DNA of 61,555 nucleotides, counting the filler, from an uncultured bacterium (GTDB lineage: Bacteria; Auribacterota; CAZIXI01): assembly GCA_964543115.1 (NCBI GenBank). It is 6 parts of 6 records of this genome, joined end to end, with 100 filler letters (N's around TTAATTAATTAA, not from the genome) between each part and the next. Parts side by side here need not be neighbours in the genome. Positions count along the whole stretch, not along the records: positions 1 to 10,327 come from CAZIXI010000116.1; positions 10,428 to 20,636 come from CAZIXI010000118.1; 4 more parts are not named here. One strand, 5' to 3'. The notes under the pieces were generated by a model that searched no databases, had not been told where the DNA came from, and worked only from the letters and a program-made list of their open reading frames with translations. The translations under genes were made by a program, and so were the position numbers. Positions 8,986-20,149 of this stretch are shown here, in pieces (the first letter of the stretch is position 1; each line of letters starts with the position of its first letter).

Positions 8986-10327
8986 TTATTTTTCATCGTT
9001 CCATTTATAAACTAACGCGTCCTGGGTGTCTGTGACTAAAGACAGGCTGTGACTGTAGCTGTCGTTTTTTGTTAATAAATCTCTCGCTAGTGGATTATCT
9101 TCCCCGCGTTTGCCCGCCGGTGTTTTATCAACGATAAAATAGATGTTTTCTATGCCCTGGTCCTTTATGGCCTGCCTGTGTTTTTGCAGGAATAGCTTTA
9201 GGTTGGTGTAAGCTATTGCTGGGTGTTCCGGGTAACCACTCTCGATAACCGGACAGTTAAAGTAATACCTGTAGCGGAAGGCCCGGTTGCCGATAACAAG
9301 GTCGTTCTGATCGATATTGTTTGCCGCCAGCCAGGTGAATTTAGGTTCCTGGGCGCAGAGTTCTGTTTTTCTAATTGAAAAAGACGCTATTCTTTGCGGG
9401 TAAAGGGAAGAATATTTTATCATCTGCCGGCAAAACACTAACACAGAGCAGCAGAGGACAACATTAACTATGATTTTTCTTGCTGCCTGTTCCCTGCCGG
9501 CGCAGGCCTGGAAAAAGCCGGCCCAGAACAATGCCAGTACGGGTACATTAACGCGGGCAAAGCGGGAAACTCCGGTTGATATATTAACAGTGGTTCCCAT
9601 CAGAAAAAGGGTAATAATATAAAATGCCAGATAAATGGTGAAAAGCAAATGGAGATCCGTCTGGAAGAATCTTCTGTCAAAAATCGCCTTTTTCTTTTTC
9701 AAATTCTCTAAGGTTATATAAATCACTGTTACCAGAACAGGCAGCCAGAATAGGGCGCAGAAGCTGAAGGAGACGGAGACTTTGATTGTTTGCAAAATGA
9801 TTTGCAGCAGAAAAAGGAAAACGTTACCGGAAAAATCAGGCCGCAGAAGAAGCGGGTTGCCGGCGTAGGCTAGCAGGGCGATAAGAACGGCGGTAATCGA
9901 TATTAGGGCAATAGTGGAGAAGACGATAATCTTTGAGACACTGGTCTTTTTTAAGATCATAAATACAAAAATGGCCCCGAAGATGCTGAAACCCACATAG
10001 CGGGTAAAAGAAAGAAGAACGGCTAAAGCGACAAGCGCGATGATGTTTATGGTTTTCCTTTCAGCGTGCTTGCTTAATAAGAGCCAGACAATTAGTGAAA
10101 ATAGAAATAAATACAGGTTTTCCGTTAATATGCGGGAGGGGAATTTGAGGAAATTGTAATTAATGGTTAATAGGGCGAGGAACAAGCTGGCGGTAGTCCT
10201 ATTGGTTTGTTTTTTGACGATGTGGGTAAAAATTAAAATTGAGGAAAAGAAAAGTGAGGCTGAAAGAATTCTTGCCGGAAGTAACAGTGTGGCAAAATTT
10301 GTACTGTCAAAAAAACGGGCAAAACCG
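8986..10327 (-). CDS. Multi-TM GT-C fold (ArnT/PMT-like) membrane glycosyltransferase, 5' truncated
   Basis: About ten hydrophobic segments, RILTENLY and FTRYVG motifs; frame open to the scaffold end. Confidence 0.6.
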
Positions 10328-10427
10328 NNNNNNNNNNNNNNNNNNNNNNNNNNNNNNNNNNNNNNNNNNNNTTAATTAATTAANNNNNNNNNNNNNNNNN
10401 NNNNNNNNNNNNNNNNNNNNNNNNNNN
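10328..10427. other. Artificial scaffold linker
   Basis: N44-TTAATTAATTAA-N44, stops in all six frames. Confidence 0.98.
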
Positions 10428-13400
10428 TGAGGGTGCGCCGATGATTGCCGCGGATACCAGTTCCAATCCTGATGGTTCCGGTTGGTCTGCTAAGGGAAAT
10501 TCCTGGGGGTTTGCCCTTAAGTTTGAACCGGAAAAAGACGGGGTTGTTTTTAATACAGACTGGGAGCATACGATATATCCCATAGATGTTTTTCTGATGC
10601 CGTTTGTGGCGCATGAATTCACCCAGCGGCCGGATTTGGCTATATTGCTAACGGATTTAAGAATTTCCGATGAAGGAATGACACCCATTAACCGTGATCA
10701 GGAACGGGCGGAAAATACCTGGAACACCCGCATTCTGCCTGCGGAAACGAGAATCGGTACTACGGCTATGTACGGCCCGGCTATACTCAGATTATCGGCA
10801 ATGAGATCCAATTCTGTGTATATGTCCCTAATCGAAGATTCAGCATCGGCGCATGAAATGCTGAAGCGGGGGTACAAAACGGATTATGCGCCGGGAATAA
10901 CCATGCGCAGGGGCAGAGAAAAAATGATGTGGGGCATGTCGCCTTTTGTGAACAGATTCGGCGGGTTGACACTGGACAACAGCATAACCGCGCATTACTG
11001 GCAGATGTTGAGGAGCACCAGGATACACTGGACGGGTAAACTTGCCTTAATGTTAAATGACGATCATTATATAAATCAGGTGTTTGTGCCCCGATATAAT
11101 CTGTTGATGTTTGTGGTGGCATTTTTTCTCTCTTTTACGCCCTATGCCTATCTGGCTTTTGCCCCACTTTTTATTGGCATCCAGTTTATCTTAACCCAGG
11201 CCATTACTGCCGGCGGTATTAGAGGATTGCTAAAGGATCATGGTACGTTAAAAGGCTACTTATTATATATCCGCAGATTCTGGAGCCTGGTGTTCACCTT
11301 TCTCGCGCTTTTGCCCATAGACGATTCAAAAACAAGAACATCCCTAACCGGTAATTCCGGTCAATTTGACAAAGGGGTGAAGGATGTCATTTGGAACAAG
11401 GTGAAATTTGAACAGATTTATCAAACATTTAAACCATCCATTAAATGGGGAGTTTTGCTTTTATCAATTATGCTGATAGCTCCGCTGCATCCCTGGGGTA
11501 TTGCCACGCAGTTTTTCTTTTATGTATTGCCCTTTGCCTTTATTTTCGGCCCATTTATGAAAAATCAGACTTTCCTCTTAAGCATCCCCAAAGGCATTCT
11601 TTATGGTTTATTGGCTATCCCTCTGTGCATAATTGAGTCTATTATGAGAGTAGATATATATCAATGGATTAGTGAGCATGCGATACTTACCAAGAAAGAT
11701 GAAAAAGCTGAAAAACCAAAACATAAAATATTAACAATGGAAAAATATTATTTTGGTGAAAGTTATGGAGAAGTAGAAGAGATTGATGAAGATGGAATAA
11801 AGTGGTTTAAAGACAGGGGGGAGAGTAAATGGGTGCCGTGGATTTATCGATTGCGGGTAGGGCTATTAATTGTATTCAGTGGGGTATTTTATATTACTGG
11901 AATATCAATATTTCTTTGGTTGTTGCTGGTGATGGAAGTGATATTTGTGTTTTATAATCTTGTTCGCCTTTGGCATGCTGAAAAGAATATTAATATTAAA
12001 AATGTAGGTAAAAAGAATGATGTTCAAGAGGATATTGATATTAAAGATGTAGATATAAAGGATGATATTCAAGTGCTAAAGGAAAGGAAATCCCATGAAA
12101 CTAGCTGGTGGCAGACGTTGAGGTTGAGTGTTGTCTATAGCGCAGCTTCAATAGTTGTTTTTATAATTGAGGATACAAGAAGGTTTGCAGGATGGATAAG
12201 AAATAAATTAAAAAAGAATAAGGCAGCCAATGTTAGTTCAATTATGTTTATATTCATAATTCCATTTATTCTGAGTGGATGTTACGTGGATGTTAGTGCC
12301 ATAAGCTGGCTGAGTGGGCTTAAGGCGAGCTGGCTTATTATTGTTGTTGTGGTTGTTTTAGGAGCTGCTGTTGGTTTATTCTTTACAGTCTGGCGCTATT
12401 GTTTCCCTGTGAGCTGGCATACACGAGAATTTGAAAAAGCCGAAGACGAGTATTTCAAAAATGAGGCTGCGCTTGCACTTTTAAGGGATGGAAATGAGAA
12501 GTGTATTGAACCATTGTTAGCATTGTTTGAGCAGGAGATTTCTTCAGATTCTATTTATTCTGCGAATAAAGTAGTTGAGATTTCCGGCCAAAGAGATGAT
12601 ACAAGATTTAAGCATATTTATGAAAAAGCAGAAGAGATAATAGAGTTAGAGAAAGCTATAGAAGCAATATTGAAACAAAAGTTGGAAAGGGAAGGCTGGC
12701 ATATGATTGATGAATATTCTATTGCCAAAGCAGCCAGAATATTTTTGCGGGACGGAGATTTTGAAGTCTTTTATTGTCCAGCATATTCGGCACAGATGGC
12801 TGCGGATCCCACTTGGGATGATACTGAGGATACGCCTGAAGAACTTTATATCTCTCCTGTAAGTGGAGTGTCTATATTAGCAACTTTCCCCTATTATCCA
12901 CAGGATCATGCAAAGCGACAGGAGTTTTGTTGGCAGGGTATATTGCTTAAGGATCGGAAGGTCATGATGCCGGAGAGATACGAGCTTTTTGCAAAGCTTA
13001 AAGAGTGTATGGGTTATGGAGATAGTGTTGCCGATCACCATAAGGAAAGTAAAACCAGGGAAATGATCGAGCATTTCATCATTAATGCAGTGGATGCGGT
13101 TTATAAAAGACATGATGAAGAAGGGAGATCTGCAGAGACAGCGGCAATAGAATTGAGGCTTGAAGTATTTCCCAATAGAATCAAGATTCATGTTATTGAT
13201 GCGGGATTGGGGATAGAAAAACAGACCTTACAGGAATGGAAAGATGGGAAGTTTGGAAGCAGAGGAAAATCCGGGAATCTTTACTTTGGAGAGTCTGGCG
13301 TGGGAGTAAAGACATCACTGATAATAGCACATTCCCGGCACATTAATGCGGAAATTGAGGTGCGCACCAGAAATGAACAGGAAAGCGTAGGGTTTAAGCA

Positions 13401-14049
13401 AATGAATCAGGAAGATCCGGATGGCAGGGTAATGGTGAGATCGGTGGCTGAAAATATTGGTAAGGATACACAGGGAACTGCGGTAGTGATTACTCTCCAA
13501 AGAGAGTTAAAGGAAGAACATGTGCCGCAAGCCGATATTCCCGCAGAAGTGGAAAGATTGTTAATTGACTTGATGGATGAGGACCGTATTAGTCCGGAAG
13601 ATTTATTAAATATGCCGAAAGAAGGAACTTTGACGCAAGAGGACTTGCGGAGAATTGCTGCTGAGCTGCTTGAAGAAGTGCGGGAGAATCCGGAGACCGC
13701 GCCTGTGATTATGTATCTTTTAGGAAAATATGAGGTTGACGATGTATTAAAGGTGCCGGGGGCAAGAGAAGAAGTGAATACGGAAGTGTTTAGTGGAATA
13801 GTTGAAGAAGATGTATTACAGAGTTTGTCGAAAATGGATATAGATCGAGCTGAACTGGCTAAGCTGGGATTCACTGATTTTGGCATTCTAGCATTATACA
13901 GCAAATTGCCGAAAAATATTATCAGGGTGTTAGAGCAAAGCGGAATTAGAGTTGAATATTTGAAGAAAATAGAAATAGATGATCAGGCTCTGCCTAGGAT
14001 TCAAGCTGTTGATCCCAGACGGGAACGATTGCACGAGATATCTGTGTAA
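10428..14049 (+). CDS. C-terminal part (>1200 aa) of a giant membrane protein: processive GT2/GT48-like domain, TM blocks, GHKL (HATPase_c) domain
   Basis: Frame open to the gap; LIEDSASAHEMLKRGY...RGRE...FVNRFGG; NAVDA, DAGLGI and GESGVGV N/G1/G2 boxes at ~13080-13310. Confidence 0.75.
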
Positions 14050-14105
14050 TTTATCTTGTGTGTTTAACGCAGCCAATAACCAAGAATTCTGCAAAATAGG
14101 ATTCC

Positions 14106-14190
14106 TGTCATTCCGCGGCTTGACCGCGGAATCCAGAACTATGTGCAATGCAAAATCATCTGGATCCCGCGGTCAAGCCGCGGGATGACA
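14106..14190. repeat. Rickettsia-palindromic-element-like (RPE4-like) repeat
   Basis: TGTCATTCCGCGGCTTGACCGCGGAATCCAG ... CTGGATCCCGCGGTCAAGCCGCGGGATGACA, nested inverted arms. Confidence 0.85.
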
Positions 14191-14239
14191 ATATTGGTGT
14201 TTTGCAGAAGTCTTGGCAAAAACCTAAAAAGGAGGGTTT

Positions 14240-17200
14240 ATGAAGGCTAAACAAGCTAGAAGCATAGTGTGGTTAATTGTGGCAGTTTCATTTCTTTTTT
14301 CCAGTCTGGTTCCAGCGTCAATGGCTAATGATATGACCTGTAGATCTGGGGAAGCTGACATGTTGGCTGCCCATCATCAGGCGGCGAGGATAGGAAGAAC
14401 AATGTTAGCGGTGCCTGCTGCCGGGGATCTGATTTTTGCCAGTAGAAGATTAGATGAGATAGGGATTCATAGTGCTGCTGATGTTGTTGGCAAATTGGAT
14501 ATCTTGGATCAGGAAGGGATTATGTGTATCCCGCTTGCTGATGAGAATGGCAGGGAGGCCAGATATTTATTCAGTGATGACGGTATTATTTTAAGGGTCA
14601 CAGGCAAGGAGGATGTAAACGATGATTTGTATCAGCTTCTGCGGAGGTTGGGTCTTACCTGCAAAAGAGAGCAGAATGAAAATAATAATTTTGATTGGTT
14701 TTCTATTAGTGATCAAAGACAGATAGGCTTAATTAATTCCTTTCTTGCCGATATATCCGGCGGCAAGTGGGGCATAAGCGCGGTGCGTCCGGCCAAAAAA
14801 CATACCGGCCGCTCGGTAAAAGACGGCTATTTAAGAGAAGTAGCACAAATGAGAGATGAGGGAGTGGTACGTCCTCTCAGCAGTGCTGATCTGAGATTCG
14901 ATATGACCGGGGATCAGGGAGAAGACTATCTCAGAGCGATAAGAGAAGTTTTGCAGGAAACAGGAAACACGGTAATTACTCCGGATCTGCTTTTTGCCGC
15001 AGCGGATCGGGCCACGGCAATGTATCAATCACCAGTAAGGGCGCGAATAGGACTGCAGCCGGGCACAATGAATCCTTTGCACTATGGGCACATTACTGCC
15101 TCATTAGCGGCTATTATTTCTAATCCTCTCGATATGGTGTTTTTAGCCAATGGCGGTACGGTGCCGGATAAGCCGTATGCCGCCAGTGCGGATATCCGTA
15201 ATGCCATGGCCAGGGAAGCGGTGTCGGAAAGGGGTTTAAGTGAGTGGCTGCAGGTTACCGGAATAAGACAGCAGGTTGTGGGAATGTTCAATCAGGATGC
15301 GGAAACGCTGAAACTAGCCGGGAGAAATGAGGGTGAGCGCCGTTTTAATATGGATATGGCGGCATTCATTTGGTTGTTCCGGGCTAATCCCGGCGTTGAG
15401 TGGACATACCTGGTTGGTTCAGATAAGGTTGCTAATTATGGGAGAAAAGGGGAAAGGGGGCTTATAGTAGAGACACTAGGAGATAGACGCGCAAATGCTC
15501 AAGTATTATATTTTGCCAGGGAAGGAGAAGGCATTGATTATCCAGCAGATATTGAGCCCTATGATTGGCTGGCAGAGTTGTATGATGCCGGATTTTTTCG
15601 CAGGTCCTCGAAATCCTCGTTTGCCGATTTATCCGCTACCAAGGTGCGCATCGCCCTGGTTCAGGGCAGAGAAGAGGTTGACGGCATAGCAATTACTGAA
15701 ATGATTCCGGAAGGAGTGTTAAATTATATAAGAAATAATCCGACCTTAATGTTTCTTTACAAACTTGAAATAATGGAAAAAAGGGGTGATAGCTGCCTAA
15801 AAGATGGTAATAATAAAGAGGCCTTGAGGTTGTATCATGCTATTTTGGCAGAGATTGGTGTTGAAATGGCGAAAGAGGAGGCGGGACGAGCTGTTGGAGA
15901 GGCGGTGTTAGAAAAGTTGAGTAACATCGTCCAGGGAAAAGTGGATGAAATAACCGCGGATGCCGGCGGACCGGGATCGGCTGAATACAAAGCTATTGAT
16001 TTAACCGGCAGTAAGAGGAAGTATGAAGAAATAAAAGACAGTTTTATAGAAGGATATGATTCTCTGGTGCGGATTGCGGATGATAGTCTGCAGGTCGAAG
16101 CAACTGAAACGCCGCGGGCCGCTCAATTGTCGGGTCTTGTAGAAGAAGCGTTTGTCCTGCTCAGTAATACCTTTGACGGATTAGCGTGGAGTTACGAATT
16201 ATATGATCATTGGATTTCGCTTCTTGGCGCGGAATATAATCAGGGGTTGCCGATAAGAATAAGAGTGAACAGCAGACTTCCCGTAAATTCGGCTCGATAT
16301 TATAATGATGATACCGGTGAAGTAGAAATAATATTCAATCAGACCTTTATCGAAGAATTGTTGGCTGCTCGGGATCAAGAATCATATGCTGCGGTGCCCG
16401 TTTGGCTCTTGGCTGAAAGATTATTCCATGAATTAGGGCACGATAATGTAATCGGTTCACCGGGAGAAGAACGTGAAGAAGAAGCTAGGCTAATATTGAG
16501 GGATCTTGAGTTGTATAGATTGCTTGGCACTCTGGCGATTGCTGATGTTTCAAGACGGGGGATAGATGCCTATTTTGCCACAGTGAGGCCAACGTTCCCG
16601 AGCGGGAACTATTTTAGATTTTTAGCTAGAATAGAAGGAATAAAGGAGTGGATAGGTGAGATAGAGCAATTTAAGTATTTAGTTGACTATTTTGAGGGAA
16701 GTGAGGATCTGACAATAATAAACCTGAAGTTATGGCAGTTAGCTTACAGGAAATTATTTGGTGTGGATATACAGTTGAAGGATCTTGTCAAGGAAGAATT
16801 TTTTGAGTTAGTAGGTGAAAACGGCAGGCTAACCGGCAGGATTAAGCCGCGGAGGCTTATCCATAAAGAAGGTGATTTTCATCGGGATGTGCGAATATTT
16901 GTCTTCAATGAAAACGGAGAATTGCTGGTGCAGAAACGCGGGGCTCAAAAGGATATTGAACCCAGTTGTTATGCTGAGTCCGTTGGCGGGCATCTGAAAG
17001 TGGGAGAGAAATATTTTGCCGCCGTGCTTAGGGAAATGGAAGAAGAGATAGGGGTAGAAGATGTTCAAAGGGAAAGGTTATTTGAAATAGGGACATTTGT
17101 TGATGATCTAACGGGTGACAGATCGCGGAACAGGAGTGTATACCAAAGATATGTATACGTACTTACCCCTGAGCAGGAGGCTAATATTAGGATTGGGGAA

Positions 17201-20146
17201 GAAGACGGTATCGTAAGAGAAGAGACAGCATTTAGGGGTTTAGCTGATGTAAGAAGTGCTGTGGTAGGCCATGAGAATGAGTATACTGCTTCATTGGTGA
17301 GGGCGATGACAGAAGAAACAGAGTATTCAACTATTAGAGAGGCATTAGGCAAGCTTGATGTTACTGGGGAAAGAGTAGAGAGATTATTAAGCGGAAACAT
17401 GGAAGACAAAGAATTAGCAGAAATGTCAGCGAAAGAATTGGCTGATATTTTAAGGTTATTAGATTTAAGTCACTATGATATGGAAGAGAAATTTCTATTG
17501 TATTCTGCGGCTCCCGGCAGCGGTAAGGGCGCGGTAATGGACATTACTTTCGTGGGAGAAGGGGCGCCGTATAGTGATTTAGTGCAGAAATTAATGCTTT
17601 ATCATACGAGGGCGCCCAGGACAGGAAAAGGGGAAAGAGATGGAGTGCATTATCATTTTGGTGCTGCTTATGTGGGAGATGAGAATAGAAACAGGCTGTT
17701 GGTATTATATAAAAGCGGCAAGATATATATTGCCAGTGTAAATAAGCAGTTGCAGGGATTGGCCAGAAAAGATTTCGCTGAAGTTGTAAGATTGCATGAT
17801 AATGAACCAGCTGAAGAAAGATTGCCCAGGGAAGAAGTTTCAGACAGGGGCAGTGATGAGTTTGGTCGGTATATAGAGGTGGAGCGCCTGATTAAGGGGC
17901 TGCGCAGCGCCTTTGGTGATGATAGGATAACAATATTAGAAGGTGGTTATGGCTGGTACAGGAGCATCAAGGTCGATAAGGCGGGAATATTTACCATATT
18001 TATATCTCCGTTTACAAATGGCCAGTTGGCCTTGAGGCTGAAAAATAAAATGTTTATAGACGCAAACTATAAATCGCCGGAGGATAGGCTGAAGGCCTAT
18101 TGGGCTTTAAATCAAAAAAGAAAAGAAAATGGAGCTGAGGAGCTTGATTTAACCGCTGATGCGGATTTGCGGGATGAGTTAGCAGCCGACATGGGTGAGC
18201 CTCTTGAAGATTATCCCCTAAAGGAAGGCGTGACTAATGCCAGACACAATGCTCAAATGATAGAATCCGATCAATTTATAACTGATTTGAACAGATTATT
18301 AAGGAAATATTTTGAAGTACCTTTTCGGATAGACACAATTGAAAAGAAGGCCCTGGCCAGGGAACTTGCCTTTGAAGTGCAGATGAAGTTGATATCAGAT
18401 AGGGGGAAGGGATCGTATCGGCTGGAAAGACCAACGCCTGCCGCGGAGGATACAGCTGATTTTACTAAATGTCAAGATACATATAATCGGGTTTTAGAGG
18501 GTGTGGTGCAGATAATGCTGCGGAACGAATATAAAAGAAATGGCACAGGGGCCGTAGTCGTCAACCAGTTTGTCTGGACGGGTAATAGCGATGATATAGA
18601 AGATAGGATAAAGGAAATATCAGAAGAATTTTGCCGGGAATATTTCACCTATCTTTTACGGGCGATTAATAGATCAATAAAGAGTCAAGCGGCAGGAGAG
18701 GGGAAAGCAAAGAAAAAACCACAGGCCGCTTCTTTATCCCGGCAGGTAGATGAAAGGAAGAAAGAGGCGGTGCTCGGCAGCGTAAAGATTGATGCGCGGG
18801 GAAATATCCTCCGCGATACGATAGAGGTGCGAGAGGAGGGGGCGCAGGATGAGCGGTTTGAGCGGAATGAGATAATGAGTAAATTACAAACACTGTTGGA
18901 GTATCTGCTCTCTGTTGACGAAGGGATCTTCGGGCCGATTAATGAAATTGTTATTGTTGATAATCTTGGCGGTATAGATAGTGATGTTCCTCCGGCACAG
19001 AGAGGGGCCGCCGCTTATTTCAGTGGCAGGCAGATGCTTATTGATATTGATGTATTGGAGAACAGGCTGGCGCTGCAGGATGTGGGTGTACATGAGAGTT
19101 TTGAGGGGATATTGGAGCTGGTTGAAGATAATGCCGGCCTAAAAGAAATTACCGCTACCTATTCTGCCCTCAGGGTGCTCTTAGAAATGGATCCTGCCCA
19201 AGTTGAGCATTATATTGATTTCTTAAAGCAGAAAGATAATGGTTTAGCTTCAGGAGAATACGCCCAGTTCTTGGAATATGTTAATCGCGAAGGCAGATCC
19301 TTAGGGGAAGATGAGTTGATTTCCTTGGTAATTGGTTATCTACTGAATACTGATAGATATAGTCATTTGCGGGAAGAGATAGGTGAGGTGCTGGTAGAAG
19401 ATGTGCAAGAGGCACAGGCAAAACTGGAACTGGCCAGAAATATTTACCGGGATATACTGCAGGCAAAGGCGGGTTCTCATGAAAGGTTAAAGGCGGAATT
19501 GAAGCCGGTTGTAAGAAACACCGGCACAGCGGCATTGAAGGCCAGAGCGATAATGAAGGTGAATATGCTGGTCAGCCGGCTGCCGTTAATCGAGCTGGAT
19601 CTTGTGGCTGTTTTGTTAGCGAAGGCAGCCTTTATTAAATTAGATATAGATGAATTGTCAGCACCGGGTAATGAACATATCATTCAGTGGCTGCAGAGAA
19701 TGCTGGTGGAAAAGGAAGAGAGTCCGTTTGTATTTTATTCCAGCAGTAATGAGGCCGGGGTGGCGGGATTTTTAGCGGATCACGGTCTCAGGCAGGGAGT
19801 GATTCCCGCTGGTCATGATGCCCGCCGGGTAATTGATCTCCGCGACCTGAGCGCAATTAACAGCGAATTATCTGGAGATTGTTTGTTCTTGCCGTTAATT
19901 TATTCTGTCAGCAGTATCTATTTGGCGGCACAAGTGGTGCTGGCGGAAGGTAATATTGATCAAATTGAAGATAAACTGGCCCAAACCACACTGCGGGCCT
20001 TATATCAATCGCTCTTTGGCAGACCACTCTCTGAGGATGAATGGCAGCAGTTATTCAGGGGAGAACTATTACCGCCGTTAGAAAAACTAACAGGCACCCT
20101 GAATAGTTTGCGCCTGGCCATAATCCAGGTAGAGAAGGCGGCATAA
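14240..20146 (+). CDS. 1968-aa secreted mosaic protein: NadD-like nucleotidyltransferase, HEXXH motif, Nudix hydrolase, guanylate-kinase-like P-loop
   Basis: SD GGAGG; signal peptide; GTMNPLHYGH/LVGSDK/LSATKVR; FHELGH; GGHLKVGEKYFAAVLREMEEEIG; APGSGKG...YHTRAPRTGKGERDGVHYHF. Confidence 0.85.
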   Translation: MKAKQARSIVWLIVAVSFLFSSLVPASMANDMTCRSGEADMLAAHHQAARIGRTMLAVPAAGDLIFASRRLDEIGIHSAADVVGKLDILDQEGIMCIPLADENGREARYLFSDDGIILRVTGKEDVNDDLYQLLRRLGLTCKREQNENNNFDWFSISDQRQIGLINSFLADISGGKWGISAVRPAKKHTGRSVKDGYLREVAQMRDEGVVRPLSSADLRFDMTGDQGEDYLRAIREVLQETGNTVITPDLLFAAADRATAMYQSPVRARIGLQPGTMNPLHYGHITASLAAIISNPLDMVFLANGGTVPDKPYAASADIRNAMAREAVSERGLSEWLQVTGIRQQVVGMFNQDAETLKLAGRNEGERRFNMDMAAFIWLFRANPGVEWTYLVGSDKVANYGRKGERGLIVETLGDRRANAQVLYFAREGEGIDYPADIEPYDWLAELYDAGFFRRSSKSSFADLSATKVRIALVQGREEVDGIAITEMIPEGVLNYIRNNPTLMFLYKLEIMEKRGDSCLKDGNNKEALRLYHAILAEIGVEMAKEEAGRAVGEAVLEKLSNIVQGKVDEITADAGGPGSAEYKAIDLTGSKRKYEEIKDSFIEGYDSLVRIADDSLQVEATETPRAAQLSGLVEEAFVLLSNTFDGLAWSYELYDHWISLLGAEYNQGLPIRIRVNSRLPVNSARYYNDDTGEVEIIFNQTFIEELLAARDQESYAAVPVWLLAERLFHELGHDNVIGSPGEEREEEARLILRDLELYRLLGTLAIADVSRRGIDAYFATVRPTFPSGNYFRFLARIEGIKEWIGEIEQFKYLVDYFEGSEDLTIINLKLWQLAYRKLFGVDIQLKDLVKEEFFELVGENGRLTGRIKPRRLIHKEGDFHRDVRIFVFNENGELLVQKRGAQKDIEPSCYAESVGGHLKVGEKYFAAVLREMEEEIGVEDVQRERLFEIGTFVDDLTGDRSRNRSVYQRYVYVLTPEQEANIRIGEEDGIVREETAFRGLADVRSAVVGHENEYTASLVRAMTEETEYSTIREALGKLDVTGERVERLLSGNMEDKELAEMSAKELADILRLLDLSHYDMEEKFLLYSAAPGSGKGAVMDITFVGEGAPYSDLVQKLMLYHTRAPRTGKGERDGVHYHFGAAYVGDENRNRLLVLYKSGKIYIASVNKQLQGLARKDFAEVVRLHDNEPAEERLPREEVSDRGSDEFGRYIEVERLIKGLRSAFGDDRITILEGGYGWYRSIKVDKAGIFTIFISPFTNGQLALRLKNKMFIDANYKSPEDRLKAYWALNQKRKENGAEELDLTADADLRDELAADMGEPLEDYPLKEGVTNARHNAQMIESDQFITDLNRLLRKYFEVPFRIDTIEKKALARELAFEVQMKLISDRGKGSYRLERPTPAAEDTADFTKCQDTYNRVLEGVVQIMLRNEYKRNGTGAVVVNQFVWTGNSDDIEDRIKEISEEFCREYFTYLLRAINRSIKSQAAGEGKAKKKPQAASLSRQVDERKKEAVLGSVKIDARGNILRDTIEVREEGAQDERFERNEIMSKLQTLLEYLLSVDEGIFGPINEIVIVDNLGGIDSDVPPAQRGAAAYFSGRQMLIDIDVLENRLALQDVGVHESFEGILELVEDNAGLKEITATYSALRVLLEMDPAQVEHYIDFLKQKDNGLASGEYAQFLEYVNREGRSLGEDELISLVIGYLLNTDRYSHLREEIGEVLVEDVQEAQAKLELARNIYRDILQAKAGSHERLKAELKPVVRNTGTAALKARAIMKVNMLVSRLPLIELDLVAVLLAKAAFIKLDIDELSAPGNEHIIQWLQRMLVEKEESPFVFYSSSNEAGVAGFLADHGLRQGVIPAGHDARRVIDLRDLSAINSELSGDCLFLPLIYSVSSIYLAAQVVLAEGNIDQIEDKLAQTTLRALYQSLFGRPLSEDEWQQLFRGELLPPLEKLTGTLNSLRLAIIQVEKAA

Positions 20147-20149
20147 TAG

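Noticed and set aside
10372..10383. TTAATTAATTAA palindrome recurring five times (PacI-like site or att site)
   Set aside because: Always centred in N runs; an artificial six-frame-stop linker.
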